Positions 36,666 to 49,622 are shown, numbered from the stretch's first letter. The stretch is 64,000 nt of DNA from Cladosporium halotolerans (GCF_011745625.1 NW_027191486.1:62001-126000); one strand, 5' to 3'. Notes: a model not told the origin generated them from the letters alone. Translations and numbers: made by a program.

Positions 36666-38391
36666 TTCTGCCCTTTTTTGGCTGACGGTCTATTGTGACC
36701 GCTGTTTTGTGTACGCCGCGCATATCTCATGTGTGAGCTCGTTCGTTAGTGCGAAGTCCTGAGCCCTGAGCATGGATATTCGTCCGACGATTGGTCGACG
36801 GGGCAATGCGTGTCTGGACGTTTTACACAACGATGAGCTCGATTTTCCTCATGAGCGGTCCTGCTGATACGATAGGATTGTCGTCATCTCGGCTGATGAG
36901 TTGGCAGATCCGCTAGGTCAATGTTGAGGACGCATGGAGAGTGACCCTCCTGTTCGTGGTGATCTCAGTGAGGCCACATCTTTGGGCGTAGACAGGACGT
37001 CAGTATTGGATACCGCATCACATGTAAATTTTGTGTCTGGTTGGTGAGTGGGTACGAGTCGGCACACCGCGGGCCATGACGTTCGCTCACCGCAACGACT
37101 GGTCGTATTCGCGTGTAGAAGTAGACCTTGCTGGTATGATGTATTTGCAAAAGTGTGTAACGTATAACACATCCAGTCGAAAGAACAACACAGGAAACAC
37201 CGCCATTGCATCGAGTTATGTGAGAGAGCCGACCAACGTCTCGCCAGCAAACCGTTGGTAGCGTTCTCTTGATCATGATCAAAACGGAGTTTCCAGAACG
37301 TGGAGTGACGGTGCATCAATGCACCAGGGAGAGACGCGGAGAGTCGTTGTTGTAACAAAGGATAGACAGCTTTTGGGGGTCCAGCACCTTGATTTGATAG
37401 TCTTCGGAAGGTAGTTCACTGCACCATATGAGAAAAGTACAGTGACGTAGATTGATGACCTACCGTCGCCTTCTCCTACGACGAATATTTGGCGCCCTGA
37501 TCAGCGAGAGTAGAGCTGAAGTGATAGCAAGACACAAAGTTCCGGAGAAACGGTGACAATGAGAGTGAAAGGCTCCAATCCAGTCAATGAATTTTGGTGG
37601 CCACAAAAGAATTGACGCGGACAAGATGAAATTTCCATCGCTCATCCAGAAATTTGAGGTCAATGAGGTGCTGTGATGAAGTCAATGACCTCTGGGTATC
37701 TCTCTCCTCTGGAAGAAACTTGAACCACATGTTACTACGTTTTCCTCAGGTGTTCCATACCAAGTTTAACCTCGGAGAATGGGGAATATTGGCTATACAA
37801 GACGCGTCTGGCCGTTCAAAGCCTACAAACTTTCGGATTCGCGATGGATGAAGTTCAGAAGGAAACATCTTCACTTACGTTCGCGATGGATCAACCGCAT
37901 TGACGATTGACCCACCTCTATACATGTCGAAGTCTGACCATAGACTTCCTTGAAATGTCTCACACCATCAAAGCACTGCATGTCAGTACGTCAATGAGCG
38001 CTCTGCAGGTGGGAGGCGGAAAACATAAATGCATCCACGTAGGTTGATCTTCGCCAGTTGTTTAGCTCATTTGGCCACGTGACAGGCTAATAAGTTGATA
38101 ATACTGGCGTTGGTACGTGAAGGTGTGTCTCATTAGTTGTTCCTAGCTGTGCGCAAAGACAGCCCGGGGACCTGCAGATCCGGCTGGGATGTGGATGATC
38201 TCTTTTCTCTCCTCAAGCAGCAAGACGGAGACAGCATGGGCTTTCAAAGGTTTTCATTTCGACCTCGCTATTTTTCCCATTCAGAGCGCCGAAGAAAGCA
38301 AGGCTCGAGCTCCGTCTGAGAGCCGGCCGTAGCAGCACCATGAATCCCTCCGTAACCCCGTCATACCATGCCTCAAAACGCAGCAGATCGC

Positions 38392-38931
38392 TTAAGCCTT
38401 GGAGCGCTTCTCCTTGTTGGCCTCGCGGCCCTTGGCGACGCGCTCGAGGATGTTCTCACGGTCCTTGTCGAGCTTGAGCTTGGTGACCTCGACTTTGCTG
38501 GGGGCGATGCCGATGGGGACGCTCTGGCCGTTGGTCTTCTCGCGGGTGACACGCTCGACGTGGATAACGTATTTGAGACGGTAGCAAGCGGTGATCTTGC
38601 CCTCACGGCCCTTGTTGCTGCCGCGCTTGATGACAACCTCGTCGTCCTTGCGGAGGGGGATCGAGCGGACCTGGTTGGGTTCATGTTAATTCCTGGCTCG
38701 GTTCGACGCAGACGGGTAGGAAATTCGCGAGGCATACGTTGTACTTTTCTCTGAGCTCTGTGCGACCAGTCAGCATTTGTCCCTACGTGCAGCATTTCCT
38801 TCAATGGGCCGGTGCATACCCTTGGAGAGGGGCGCGCTCATGATCACGCGGCGCACGCTGGAGGGAGCCTGGAAGTGCTCCTTGCGGCTCTTTCTCCGGC
38901 TGGAGTGGAGGTGGGAGTTGATCTTCGTCAT
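38392..38931 (-). CDS. RPL26: 60S ribosomal protein L26 (uL24); introns 38758..38819 and 38671..38737
   Basis: The spliced product reads [70 protein letters not shown]...[14 protein letters not shown]. Confidence 0.97.
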
Positions 38932-39453
38932 CTCGGCGGTGTTTGTGGACGGAGGGGGTGGGTGGTCGGTATCGTCGTTGTCGCCGGGTCGTCGAGACAA
39001 GACTTCAGCGTCCGCTGGACTGCCCTCAAATTTGGGAATTGTGTGCGGAAGCCGCAATTCTGCCGTGGCTTGCATGGGACTTGGCAAGCGACGAGTGGCG
39101 GTGCGCGGCGGTGCGACGCGGGACGGGAGGGCGGAAGGGTGGATCCGCAGCCGCGGCTGGACCTCGAAGTCAGGTTGCGTGTGGAGGGCGCGAGTGCTCT
39201 GCGCGTTGCGGCGTTGCGGCGTCGCGAGCAATGCGAGCCACGGAAGACACGGACGACATACGCACGTCTGGACGACACTACTGGCACACCCGTCCAGTAT
39301 CTCCACTGTACCTATGCGACTCTCCGGACACATCATGAAGACGCCTAATCTTGCATTACACTGAGGATCACGCGCCGTGGGACGACCAGATCAAACAGCC
39401 AAAGCGCCAGGTCGCCTGCATTCGGCGCAAAGGACACCAACAACTCAGGGCTT

Positions 39454-42400
39454 ATGGCGCCGGCATATCCGCAATACAACAACTACTACGATCCAGTGGG
39501 AAGCCAGGCGAACCAACCTCAAGGCTATGCATATCACAATCCTGGCAATTCGGTCTCGCAACCTCCCTCGGTCACGTCCAACGCTCAATCCTACCCGAGC
39601 TATGGGCATAACACCTACAACACTGTACAGCAAGGATCAAACACGAGTGGGCAGCATCATGCGGGGTCTAGCGGTGTAAGGGCATCATCTGCGGTAGGAG
39701 GGACAGGTGCGATCACTGGGACTGGACAGAACAATCAAGCATCTGCGTCTCGATCGGGCACCACGCAACAATACGATAGTGGATGGGGAAATTCGAACTA
39801 CGCGACTTCTTCATACAGCGGCAACTTGCATATACCTGGTCGCAGCCAAAGCAACACATCACCGGTCTATGCAAGCAGTGGGTCTTCTGGAAATTTCGGT
39901 CGATCGACCAATGCAACGAATCAACCTGCTCAGAGCAACATATCGACCTACGGACAGCAAACCGGAAGCCAAAACTATTCGTCGACTGGAAGCGCGGATA
40001 ATTCGCGCATGACGTACGGCGCTTCCCAACGTGGCATTGCCGCAGGTGAACCATCGCGATATGCTAGCCCACTTCACGCTGTTCAAGCTCAGCAGCAACA
40101 GTCACGTCAACAAGGCCACACCAGGCAATCGTCGCAGACAAGCACTTACCAAGCCACCCCGGCGACCAATTCGCGCGGCTCGGACCAGCGCCAAGAGAGC
40201 GCGACAATGGTAGCAGCGGTCAACACCACCGTGGATCCATCTCAAGTGTACGACTTCCGTGCAGAGCGGGAGAGGAAAGCGAAGATTGAAGCGGAGAAGC
40301 GTCGCAAGCAGGATGAGGCGGATGCGGCCAAGAAGGCTGAAGAGGCACGTGTTGCCGAGGCGAAACGGCTAGCTGAAGAGCAGCAGGCGAATGAGGCGAA
40401 GCGTCGCATGGAGGAGGCTAAGCGCCAGGCCGACGAGGCGAGAGCGGCAGCAAAGGCAGAAGCGGACCGCAGGAAAGACGAACAGCGCAAGGCTCGAGAG
40501 AGCAAGAATGCTGCGACCGCTTTGGCTTCATTGGCGTCGAGCAGCAGCGCTCCACACATGAATGAGGTTGGACCTCCTGCGAACGATGAGGAGGCAGAGA
40601 TGCGAGCCATGTTCCAGAAAATGCGCGAGTTCAACTCCAAGAACCCTGCCATGCTCGCAGAATTGTGGGAAGAGGAGCGCCGGGCGCATGCTGGGCAATC
40701 TCAGTATCCTCAGCCAGCACAAGTGACACAGCCCGCTGCCTCTACACCTAAGCCTGCCGTCCCTTCGAAAGCTTCATCGAGCCAATCCTCTGCCGCAAAC
40801 ACAACAGCGTCCAATTCCGCAAAACCTGCCCCTGCTCAAAAGGCAAAGGCCTCTAAAGCTAGCCCGAATATGTCTGTAGCGCGCAGCAAGGCGCCTGAGG
40901 TTACCACCAACCAAGGCAGTACCAATCTTTGGCCGCCTGGAAAGAAGGGGTTGCTTGCTGACATCGCAGCACGATGGCTTCACGGCGTGAACCCGCAAAA
41001 GGTCGTCACTGCGTTCGAGATACTTCAGCTGCTGGATCAAAATCCAAACTATGTCCAGCTCTGTGAGTCTTTGGAGGGGTTGGGTTTGAAATTCGAGCGA
41101 GCCGCTTTCGCGAGGGAGCTACTTCGTGGGGTGCCTCCGGCTAGCAGTGCAAATCAGCATACCTCGAAAGGCAGCGACGCTACTATCATGTCGGCAAATG
41201 GAACACTCGCACAGGCTACTGGAGCAGCGGCGGTTAGCGGAACCGAGCACACCCCGAGCCTTCAAGCGTCCAGCGCGCCCGGACAGCAGCAGCGACGCCC
41301 TTCAAGTTTGATGGGTTGGAACAACCAGCCCAATGGTAAGGCGACTTCTTCAAATAACGGCATGGTCGATTACGAGATGCCCTCGTTCCACAATTCGTCC
41401 GCCCCAAATCAGACAGCAGACGGCACATCGTTTTCTTCGCAGCCAGGACGCGCGGGCCCACAATCTGCCATCGGTAACAGCCACAGCCGGCGGCCTTCGC
41501 AGTCAGTGCAACCTTCGCGACGGTCCATGTCCAGTGTCCAGCAAGGCGCTCCTGTCCCCGTCGGATCAGCTCGCCAGACTCCCGATGTGAAGCCGATATC
41601 GCCTCCACGACCACCTGCAAACAAGGAAGAAGCGGCTCGCAAGCGTGGGTTCGGCGAGCTCGTCGATCTGACTGCAGAGGAGTCAGATGAAGACGCGCCG
41701 CCGAAAAAAATCATGCAAACCGCGCAAGGTTTTGGCCCTAGGCCATTCCAGCCGCAGCCGCCTCAAGGCCAACCTCATCTGAATCAGCAGCGTGACAGTC
41801 CGTGTGCGTTCAATACCCGTGGGGCTCCAGTAGTTCCCACAGGACCAAGCCCAGGTTCAACGGCGCCACCGTTCAGGCCGCCAGGCGTGCCTGGAATCCC
41901 AGCTGTTGCAACCATGCGCAGGATGTCCACTGGCAGTCCCGCGATGACTCCCACTGCTAACATGAGAGCAACGGACGTCTCTGGCCCTGTATCCGCAAAG
42001 CCTCCGCTACCGAGCTCTACAATGTTACCATTCAAGCGCAAAGGGCCAACAAACGAGCAACTACAGGCAGAACGCATCAGAGGAAAGATGGTGGTTGAGC
42101 CGATCATGCGCGATCGCGTCGCTCGTAAGTCTACGTATGACTCCCGTACGATCGCCCGTGATGTTCTCCTCGCAACAGGCCGCCATCCAGACATGCGAGC
42201 GCTCAATAGCCACCTGAACGTCATGCAGAAGATGCTGGGCGATAGAGGAGGAATGGCAGACGGGGCTGGCAACAAAAGCGATCTGGCCACGATCAAGTGG
42301 GACATCATCGATCCAGATCCTCCCAAGAAGAAGGAATCGTCAAGTCTTGTACAAGCACAGGATGTTGCCGAGATTCAGGACGCAGACGATGAGGGTGACA

Positions 42401-43575
42401 TGTCGTCGCTCAATCACAAGCATCGAGCCCCAGGTGGGGCAGCGACAGCGCGGCAAAGTTCCGCTGCACTTGACCTGCGCGACAAGCCAGCCACGCCGGA
42501 CGCGATGCCCAAGAAGCGCGGCCGTCCGCCACGCTCGAGCATGCCCAGCACCCATACTTTTGTCAGTGTTAACGACAAAATGTCAGCAGCCGGCCAGCAG
42601 GGCATGGGCGCTGCTGGCACGCCTCGTCAAGGATCCGGTCAGCCAGGTGCTCCAGCAACAATGCCTGCAGCTCGCGCTCCAGCCGCGTCGCAAGCGCCCA
42701 CCGACGGCAGCGTTGGATACTCAGCTTTCCGCCACTTCGACGAAAACGGCAATCCCATCAAGAAGAAAGGTCGTCCCGTTGGCTGGCGCAAGAACATCCA
42801 CTCGCGTGAAGCACAGGGCCTTGCACCGGCCAAGTCTGCCTCCGCAGGTGTCAAGCCAAAGCCGGCCGTTCCCAAGCAGCCTGAAAAGCTGCAGGAACCC
42901 AACTACCAGATCTACCGGTGCAAGTGGCTTGGATGTGCAGCTGAACTTCACTCGCTCGACGTAATGAAGAAGCACATGATCAAAGTGCACGGCCGGCCCG
43001 ACGGCGAGGACCTCTTCGAGTGCTTATGGCAAGACTGCGAGTCGAAGACCAAGCGCGTCACGGGACCCGGGAGAACGCGTCTGGACAACGCTACCTTTTC
43101 CGACATTGGGGGCTGGCTGTCCCACGTCGACAAGGAGCACCTGCAGCCGGTGGCGTGGCGGCTGGGGGATGGTCCACGCGGCGGATTGTCTGGTAAGCTG
43201 GATGGAGAGGTGTGAGATGTCTACATTTCCTTTGAAGATGACTAACAGCGTCGCCGTCTTCCAGACCAAGCCGAATCTGAGGCGTCTGAGGCGTACTTGA
43301 GCGACTCGCGCGGTCGTAGTGTCACTCCTATAATTCAACCAATGGCCAATTTCGGCTTTGGACAGACCATGCCAGCTCGCATCGGTCGCCCTCCTGCAGG
43401 AGCAAGCAAAGACGAGCGTGGCGCTCAGGCTGAATTGCAGAAACTAACAGAGAGAAAGATAGCCGTGGGCCCGACAATGGAGAAGATGGGCGTTCGGCTC
43501 GCGAATGAGAAACGTAGGATGGGCTTCCTCGACGACGAGAATTTCGAGGATATTGTTGAGAGTGAGAGCGAGTAG
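39454..43575 (+). CDS. Large, probably nuclear protein with a coiled coil, two AT-hook-like motifs and C-terminal C2H2 zinc fingers; intron 43193..43264
   Basis: The 1253-codon ORF has KKRGRPPR and KKKGRPVGWRK, plus CKWLGC...HMIKVH and CLWQDC...HVDKEH. A GTAAGC...ACTAAC...CAG intron joins it in frame to ORF 43297..43575. Confidence 0.85.
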
Positions 43576-43866
43576 CACCAATGACAGGGACTTGCATGAT
43601 TGACATCATGAGTTGGAAAGGACCTTCTGGAAATACTGTAATGAAACGTAGAAAAAACGTTGCCCTGCGACTGGACAGGAGCAACTTGAATAACTCTGCG
43701 CTGCATGCGCATACTGCTTACAGCCCTTTCTTGATCCTTTCTTTAGATCCTGTGGGTTCACCCGATCCGTCCCAAATTGATTCCCCTAGAACTCCTCGCT
43801 CAAACGCCATTGTATAATCACATATTGACCCTTTCCCTTCGCAACCTAATCCCGCGACTGAACAGT

Positions 43867-44028
43867 CTATCGCGATTTGGCTGGCACGGCGTCGGCAAGG
43901 CGCTGCTTGCTCAGCACATCGCCGGCGTCTTTAGCATTGACTTCAAGGAAGTGGTAGAGGACGATCATGAGGACGGCTGCGCTGCCGAGGAAGACGGCGA
44001 GGGAGTAGAGGGCGGCGTCGGTGATCAT
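43867..44028 (-). CDS. OST4: Oligosaccharyltransferase subunit 4 (53 aa)
   Basis: MITDAALYSLAVFLGSAAVLMIVLYHFLEVNA matches the Ost4 pattern MI(T/S)D..L...A..LG.....LIV.YH. Confidence 0.9.
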   Translation of the reverse strand: MITDAALYSLAVFLGSAAVLMIVLYHFLEVNAKDAGDVLSKQRLADAVPAKSR

Positions 44029-44594
44029 CGTTACGGTTGGGAGATGGGTGTGTTGGTTGCTGGTAGTGTTCTGAGCTATGGTTAGAAGACAGTTGCGCAT
44101 TCATGGCGTGTGATAGGGTATACCTTTCAAAATCTCTTTGCGACTAATTCTGTATGACTGACGTGTTATGCGATCGATCAATTGCAGCGTTCAATGGTGT
44201 CCGTCTACAACAGCTCACTCGGTCCAGCGAGCTGTCCTCCCCCAGAGTCGCCAGAGTTGCCTGAGGACCCTCAAGCAGCACTCACGCGCGCCAAGACCAG
44301 CGCAAGTCTTGGGCCGGTCCCCGCGCCTGCGTCATTTGCCAAACGGCCGAACTTCACAGAAATTGACCTAGAGCCCGCCAGCAAGCCAGCCTCACATACC
44401 AGGACCCTAGTCGCGTGACTTCCGAGTTGGACGCCCCTTACGGTCTTATGGAGAGCTTCCCTTCGCCTGACTCCTGAGTTTCACGAACACCCTCTCTTGG
44501 ACGCCCTCCCGCTGCTTACGAGCGAGCGACGCACATATAGCCGAGCGGCGACACTACAGCACCAGAGCCAAGCACACGCAGGAAATCGCCCAGC

Positions 44595-45617
44595 ATGCCG
44601 CCGAAGAAGCAGGACAACGCGCCGAAGAAGGCGAAGCCGACCGTCGACGACAAGATGTTCGGCATGAAGAACAAGAAGGGTGGCGCGGCGCAGAAGCAGA
44701 TGCAGCAGATGAAGGCCATGTCCAAATCTTCGATGAACGATGCCGAGAAGAAGAAGGACGCGGAGAAGAAGGCGCGCGAGAAGGAGAAGGCTGCTGCCGA
44801 GTTGGCGAAGAAGGAGGCCGCGGAGCTGTTCAAGCCCGTGCAGACGCAGAAGGTGCCCTTCGGCGTCGACCCTAAGACTGTGCTGTGCCAGTTCTTCAAG
44901 AAGGGACACTGCGAGAAGGGCAAAAAGTGTAAGTTCAGTCACGACTTGGATGTCGAGCGCAAGGGCGAGAAGAAGAGTTTGTACACGGATACACGCGAGG
45001 AGGAGGCGGAGGCCAAGAAGAAGGACCAGATGGACGACTGGGACGAGGAGAAGCTGCGAAAGGTCGTGCTGAGCAAGCATGGAAACCCGAAGACGACGAC
45101 GGACAAGGTGTGCAAGTACTTTATTGGTGCGGTTGAGGAGGGCAAGTACGGCTGGTTCTGGACATGTCCCAACGGCGGCGACAAGTGTATGTACAAACAC
45201 TCTCTGCCGCCGGGTTTCGTGCTCAAGACCAAGGAGCAGCGTGCGGCCGAGAAGGCGCTGCACGACAAGAGCCCCATGAACACTCTGACGCTCGAGGACT
45301 TCCTGGAAACCGAGCGCCACAAGCTCACCGGTACTCTGACACCCGTGACAGAGGAGACCTTCCGCAAGTGGAAGGCCGAGCGTCTGGACAAGAAGGCGGC
45401 CGAGGAGCAGGCCAAGCAGGCGAAGGAGGCGACAGGAAAGGCCCTCTTCGACAAGGGCGGCTGGGAAGGCAGCGAGGCCGACAGCGACAGCGACGACGAC
45501 GACGATTCCGACGGATTCAACCTTACGGCAATGATGAAGGAGACCGAGGCCATAAGGCAGAAGAAGGAAGAGGAGAGAATATTGGCACAGTTTGGTGGAG
45601 AAGTGCCTTCTGCTTAG
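44595..45617 (+). CDS. TMA46: Tandem CCCH zinc-finger protein Tma46/DFRP1
   Basis: It contains DKMFGMKNKKG, QKVPFGVDPKTVLCQFFKKGHCEKGKKCKFSHDL, VCKYFIGAVEEGKYGWFWTCPNGG..CMYKHSLPPGF and LTPVTEETF. Confidence 0.96.
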   Translation: MPPKKQDNAPKKAKPTVDDKMFGMKNKKGGAAQKQMQQMKAMSKSSMNDAEKKKDAEKKAREKEKAAAELAKKEAAELFKPVQTQKVPFGVDPKTVLCQFFKKGHCEKGKKCKFSHDLDVERKGEKKSLYTDTREEEAEAKKKDQMDDWDEEKLRKVVLSKHGNPKTTTDKVCKYFIGAVEEGKYGWFWTCPNGGDKCMYKHSLPPGFVLKTKEQRAAEKALHDKSPMNTLTLEDFLETERHKLTGTLTPVTEETFRKWKAERLDKKAAEEQAKQAKEATGKALFDKGGWEGSEADSDSDDDDDSDGFNLTAMMKETEAIRQKKEEERILAQFGGEVPSA

Positions 45618-46657
45618 AAATCATGTCCTGGATACTAAAAAGGGATTTCTATATTTTTATGTGAAACACGATCTTGTTCAAATCATTAGATTTTGTGGTC
45701 ACCTAGCGTCTTGCGGTATTATTATTCGAACTTTCCAATCAGGTTCCCTTGTTTGTATAAATGATAGGACATGGGAGAGATTGATTCGAAAAGTATTTTG
45801 CAAGCATGCAAGACCACACCAAACCTCGCAGCAACCGCAGACACGGAGTCCGCGGCACACTGGATAGCCCGAGGGAATGTCTGCTCGTAGGAGGTTTACA
45901 CGAGAATTTAGCTTTCGTTCCTTGCTGTACAAGAGTACTGGCAGAGTGAGGAGCCGCAAGACGCCATTTTCCGAGCAATTGCTTGAATTCGTCGCGGTCT
46001 CGACCATTCATTGCGGCCTTGGAAAGAGATGCGAAATATTCCATTCCAAGGTATCGCCTCTTGCAGCACTTTTCCAAATATTTGCTCTGGACGATCGCGC
46101 AGCGTATTCTTTCCCACAGAGCAGAAGCATTCACCTTCTCCCTCACGGAAATTGGACTAAGTGAAAGCAGGCAGCAGCGTGTCACAACGCTATAGAAGTA
46201 CATAACAGGTACTTCCAAGGTAGGTCGCCGGAGGCTGGGAATGCGTAGTATCAACCCCGATACATCGTCTAATATCAAGGGTTGAATTGTGTGACTTGCT
46301 GTCAGGCAAGCATAGCACAAAGTATTGAAGCCATCGTTTCCCAAAGAGTAATCATTTGAATGTTGACGATCGACATTCAGCCCATCAAGCAGACGAACAA
46401 GTGACGTTGGGCGATCGCCAATCAAAGTCACGTCAAAGCGCGACACGATCGCGCGCCCGCGCGCGTTGCCCTGACCAACCAACCTCCCGCAATCCGCATC
46501 GCATTTCCCAAACGATGTCATCCACCTCCATCGCCCGCACGAGCCTCTAATTCTAGCCTTCAAGCATTCACTTTTCGGTGCAGGATATTGCTTACTATTG
46601 CGTCAAAAGCATTGAACCACCGAAGCATCACACACACCATTACAACTCAAGCCCAAC

Positions 46658-47423
46658 ATGCCACCCAAACGCCGCTCCACAGCCCAGCGCACAGCCTCCA
46701 ATCCCAGGCAACAAAGCACACTATCCTTCAACGGCAAAAACAGCCGAGTCACCAAATCCTCTCAGCAGCAATCGCCGAACGAGAAGAGCCTCAATAAGAA
46801 GAAAGAAGCCCTTTTCGAGGAAGCCGTCAGCACCGCAGAGGTTGCCGAGCCCACCACAGCAGAGAAAGCGATCGAGCAGCAAACTGCCGCGGAAACCCAG
46901 GCGTTGGACGATGCGAAGGCTGAGAACGAGTTGACGGGCGGGTCAACGACGGAGGATGTATTGGGTGGAAGAGCGCAGACGAGCGGTGCGGGTGCTGTTG
47001 GTGGGCTTTCGGGTTCGGGATGGGTGGGCGACGAGGAAGCGAGGGCGAGGAAGGTATCCGAGGCGCAGATCAAGAAGTTCTGGCGGGAGAAGGAGAGTGC
47101 GCGGTTGGTGCCTAGGGTGCATCAGGAGGATTTGAGTGTGCACGAGAAGGTGCTAAGGGAGTGGGATGTCAGTGGAGAGTATGGGGTGAGTTGAACTTTA
47201 TACTTGAAGAATGGTCGTAGGAAAAATGCTGACCATCAAAATCTAGCCCTGTATCGGCATTGCAAGACTGAAGCGCTGGAAGCGTGCGAATGTCCTTGGC
47301 CTGAAGCCGCCAATCGAGGTTCTGGCTGTCCTGCTCAAGGAGATGGATGACAGTGATAGCGCGGCGAAGGTGCAAAGGGCGTATGTCGACTCACTCATGA
47401 GTTCGCGTTTCGTGGAGACCTGA
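46658..47423 (+). CDS. cdm1: DNA polymerase delta subunit 4 (Cdm1/POLD4-like); intron 47186..47246
   Basis: An N-terminal QSTLSF PIP-like motif is present, and the splice yields the signature LREWDVSGEYG|PCIGIARLKRWKRANVLGLKPPIEVLAVL. The stop is TGA at 47421-47423. Confidence 0.9.
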
Positions 47424-48080
47424 TCTCGGGAAGAAAGTTATGATCGCCCATAGCTTTGAATGACTTGCTGGAACAGGTTTGTTTTTGCCGAGTAAGTGGC
47501 ATTGGACGACGGTAGCGCGGCGTCTGGCGTTGAATGGGATTCACGGTACCCACGTTTGATGGCTCAGTAGCTGGGCAAAATATAGAAAATAATCAATTCA
47601 ACCAATTGTACAAAGCTAGTCTCTTCGAAAGCCTTTACCTTTAACACTCAGAGGTAAAAGGTATTGTGCCACTAATTTTCCAGTGACGAAGATCACTGGT
47701 GTTCGCATACGAAGTTGAGGTCTTCTAATGTTGTAAAATTTTCTCGCAATTCAGGGAACGTGATAGAATGTCACACCTCTATTTGTACTGTCCGAAAGAG
47801 CATACTACATGTTTCCATGTTCCATCGCTATAAGATGGATTGACAAACGGCCCGTGCGCGGTCTCTAAGTTTCGGCTTATCGATTAGGCGGGGCGATTTC
47901 GAAGCAGAAGTGGCGGTTCGTCATATCAATTCTACGAGGGACTTTTCTGAGTCCGTTCGCGACCGGACAACACCACTTTCTATACCACCCGACCTACCGG
48001 ACGGTCCAAGTCCGAGTGAAAGCTCCTCCGCACCTTATTTTTACAACTCTCATCGGAGGAATTCCTGGAATACGCCCATC

Positions 48081-49622
48081 ATGTCTATGGACATCGACTC
48101 CGTCCACCTCGACGTCGCGGGAAGGCAGCAGACGGCACCTACTGTGCTCTGCTACAACTGCGGTGCTCCCATCGATGGCACTCAACCCGGCGGCACTTTG
48201 TGTCCTGACTGCTTGAAGCTCACGGTCGACATTACTCAAGGGATCGACAAGGAAGGCGTGCTCCACCAGTGCAGAGACTGCGACAGATGGTTTGGCCCGC
48301 CCGCGCAGTGGTTCGTCGCAGATCGTGAGTCGCGAGAACTGCTGGCACTATGCTTGCGCAAGCTGCGCGGTCTGAATAAGACACGAATTATCGACGCCTC
48401 ATTCATCTGGACGGAACCTCACTCAAGGAGAATCAAGTTGAAGGTCACGGTGCAGCAAGAGGCGATGGAGGGCACAATTCTGCAGCAGACATTCGACGTC
48501 GAGTTTGTTCAGCACTCCAAGCAGTGCCCTGATTGCGCAAAGTCATACACACACAACACCTGGCGCGCCTGCGTGCAGGTACGGCAGAAGGTCCCTCACA
48601 AGAGGACTTTCCTGTACCTTGAGCAGCTCATGCTGAAGCAGGGCGCACACAACCAGTGCATCAACATCAAGGAAGTGAAGAACGGCATTGACTTTTTCTT
48701 CGCCGAGGTAAACTCTGCGCAGAAGTTCGTGGACTTTATGACATCCGTGGCGCCGGTGAAGACGAAGAAGAGTGAGGAGCTGATTTCTCTGGACACCCAC
48801 ACGTCAAAGAGCTCTTACAAGCACACATTCTCTTGTGAGCTTGTGCCCATCTGCAAGGACGACCTTGTGGCTCTGCCCTTGAAGACCGCCAAGTCTATTG
48901 GCAACATCCCGCCTCTCACACTCTGCTACCGCGTCGGCGTGTGCGTTTACTTTATCGACCCCAACACCCTGCAAACCGCAGACCTCAGCAGCGTGATCTA
49001 CTGGAGAGCGCCTTTCACCCCAATCGCCGACGTCACCAACCTCGTAGAATTCATCGTCCTGGACATCGAACCTCTAGGACCTCCTCAAGGCCGCTTTGTC
49101 CTGGCCAACGCAACAGTCATGCGCGCATCGGACATGGGCGTGAATGACATCGAGTACAACATCCGCACACACCTGGGCAGCGTGCTGCACGTCGGCGACA
49201 GCGCGATGGGCTACCACCTGACCGGCACACAGTTCAACAACGACAACTTCGAGGCCATCGCCGAGTCGAAACAGTACGGCACGACGATCCCCGACGTGAT
49301 CCTCGTCAAGAAGCACTACCAGTCGCGCAAGAAGAACAAGGTGCGCAACTGGAAGCTGAAGCGCATGGGCCTGAAGGATAATGAGGAGATGAAGCCCAGG
49401 AAGCAGGACGTCGACCGCGACGCGATCGACTACGAGCAGTTCTTGCAGGACCTCGAGCAGGATCCCGAGCTGCGGCAAGGTGCGAACTTGTACCACAACC
49501 ACCAGCAGAGGCAGCAGGATCATGAGATGGAGACGGATGACGAGGGTGAGGATGAAGGCTTGCAGATACCCATGGACCAGCTTATTGACGAGATGGAGGA
49601 GATGGGCATGCATGACGACTAG
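48081..49622 (+). CDS. NMD3: 60S ribosomal export adaptor Nmd3
   Basis: It has four CxxC pairs (CYNC, CPDC, CRDC, CPDC), ESRELLALCL, FIWTEPHSRRIK, VQVRQKVPHKRTFLYLEQL and a C-terminal NES-like LIDEMEEMGM. Confidence 0.96.
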   Translation: MSMDIDSVHLDVAGRQQTAPTVLCYNCGAPIDGTQPGGTLCPDCLKLTVDITQGIDKEGVLHQCRDCDRWFGPPAQWFVADRESRELLALCLRKLRGLNKTRIIDASFIWTEPHSRRIKLKVTVQQEAMEGTILQQTFDVEFVQHSKQCPDCAKSYTHNTWRACVQVRQKVPHKRTFLYLEQLMLKQGAHNQCINIKEVKNGIDFFFAEVNSAQKFVDFMTSVAPVKTKKSEELISLDTHTSKSSYKHTFSCELVPICKDDLVALPLKTAKSIGNIPPLTLCYRVGVCVYFIDPNTLQTADLSSVIYWRAPFTPIADVTNLVEFIVLDIEPLGPPQGRFVLANATVMRASDMGVNDIEYNIRTHLGSVLHVGDSAMGYHLTGTQFNNDNFEAIAESKQYGTTIPDVILVKKHYQSRKKNKVRNWKLKRMGLKDNEEMKPRKQDVDRDAIDYEQFLQDLEQDPELRQGANLYHNHQQRQQDHEMETDDEGEDEGLQIPMDQLIDEMEEMGMHDD

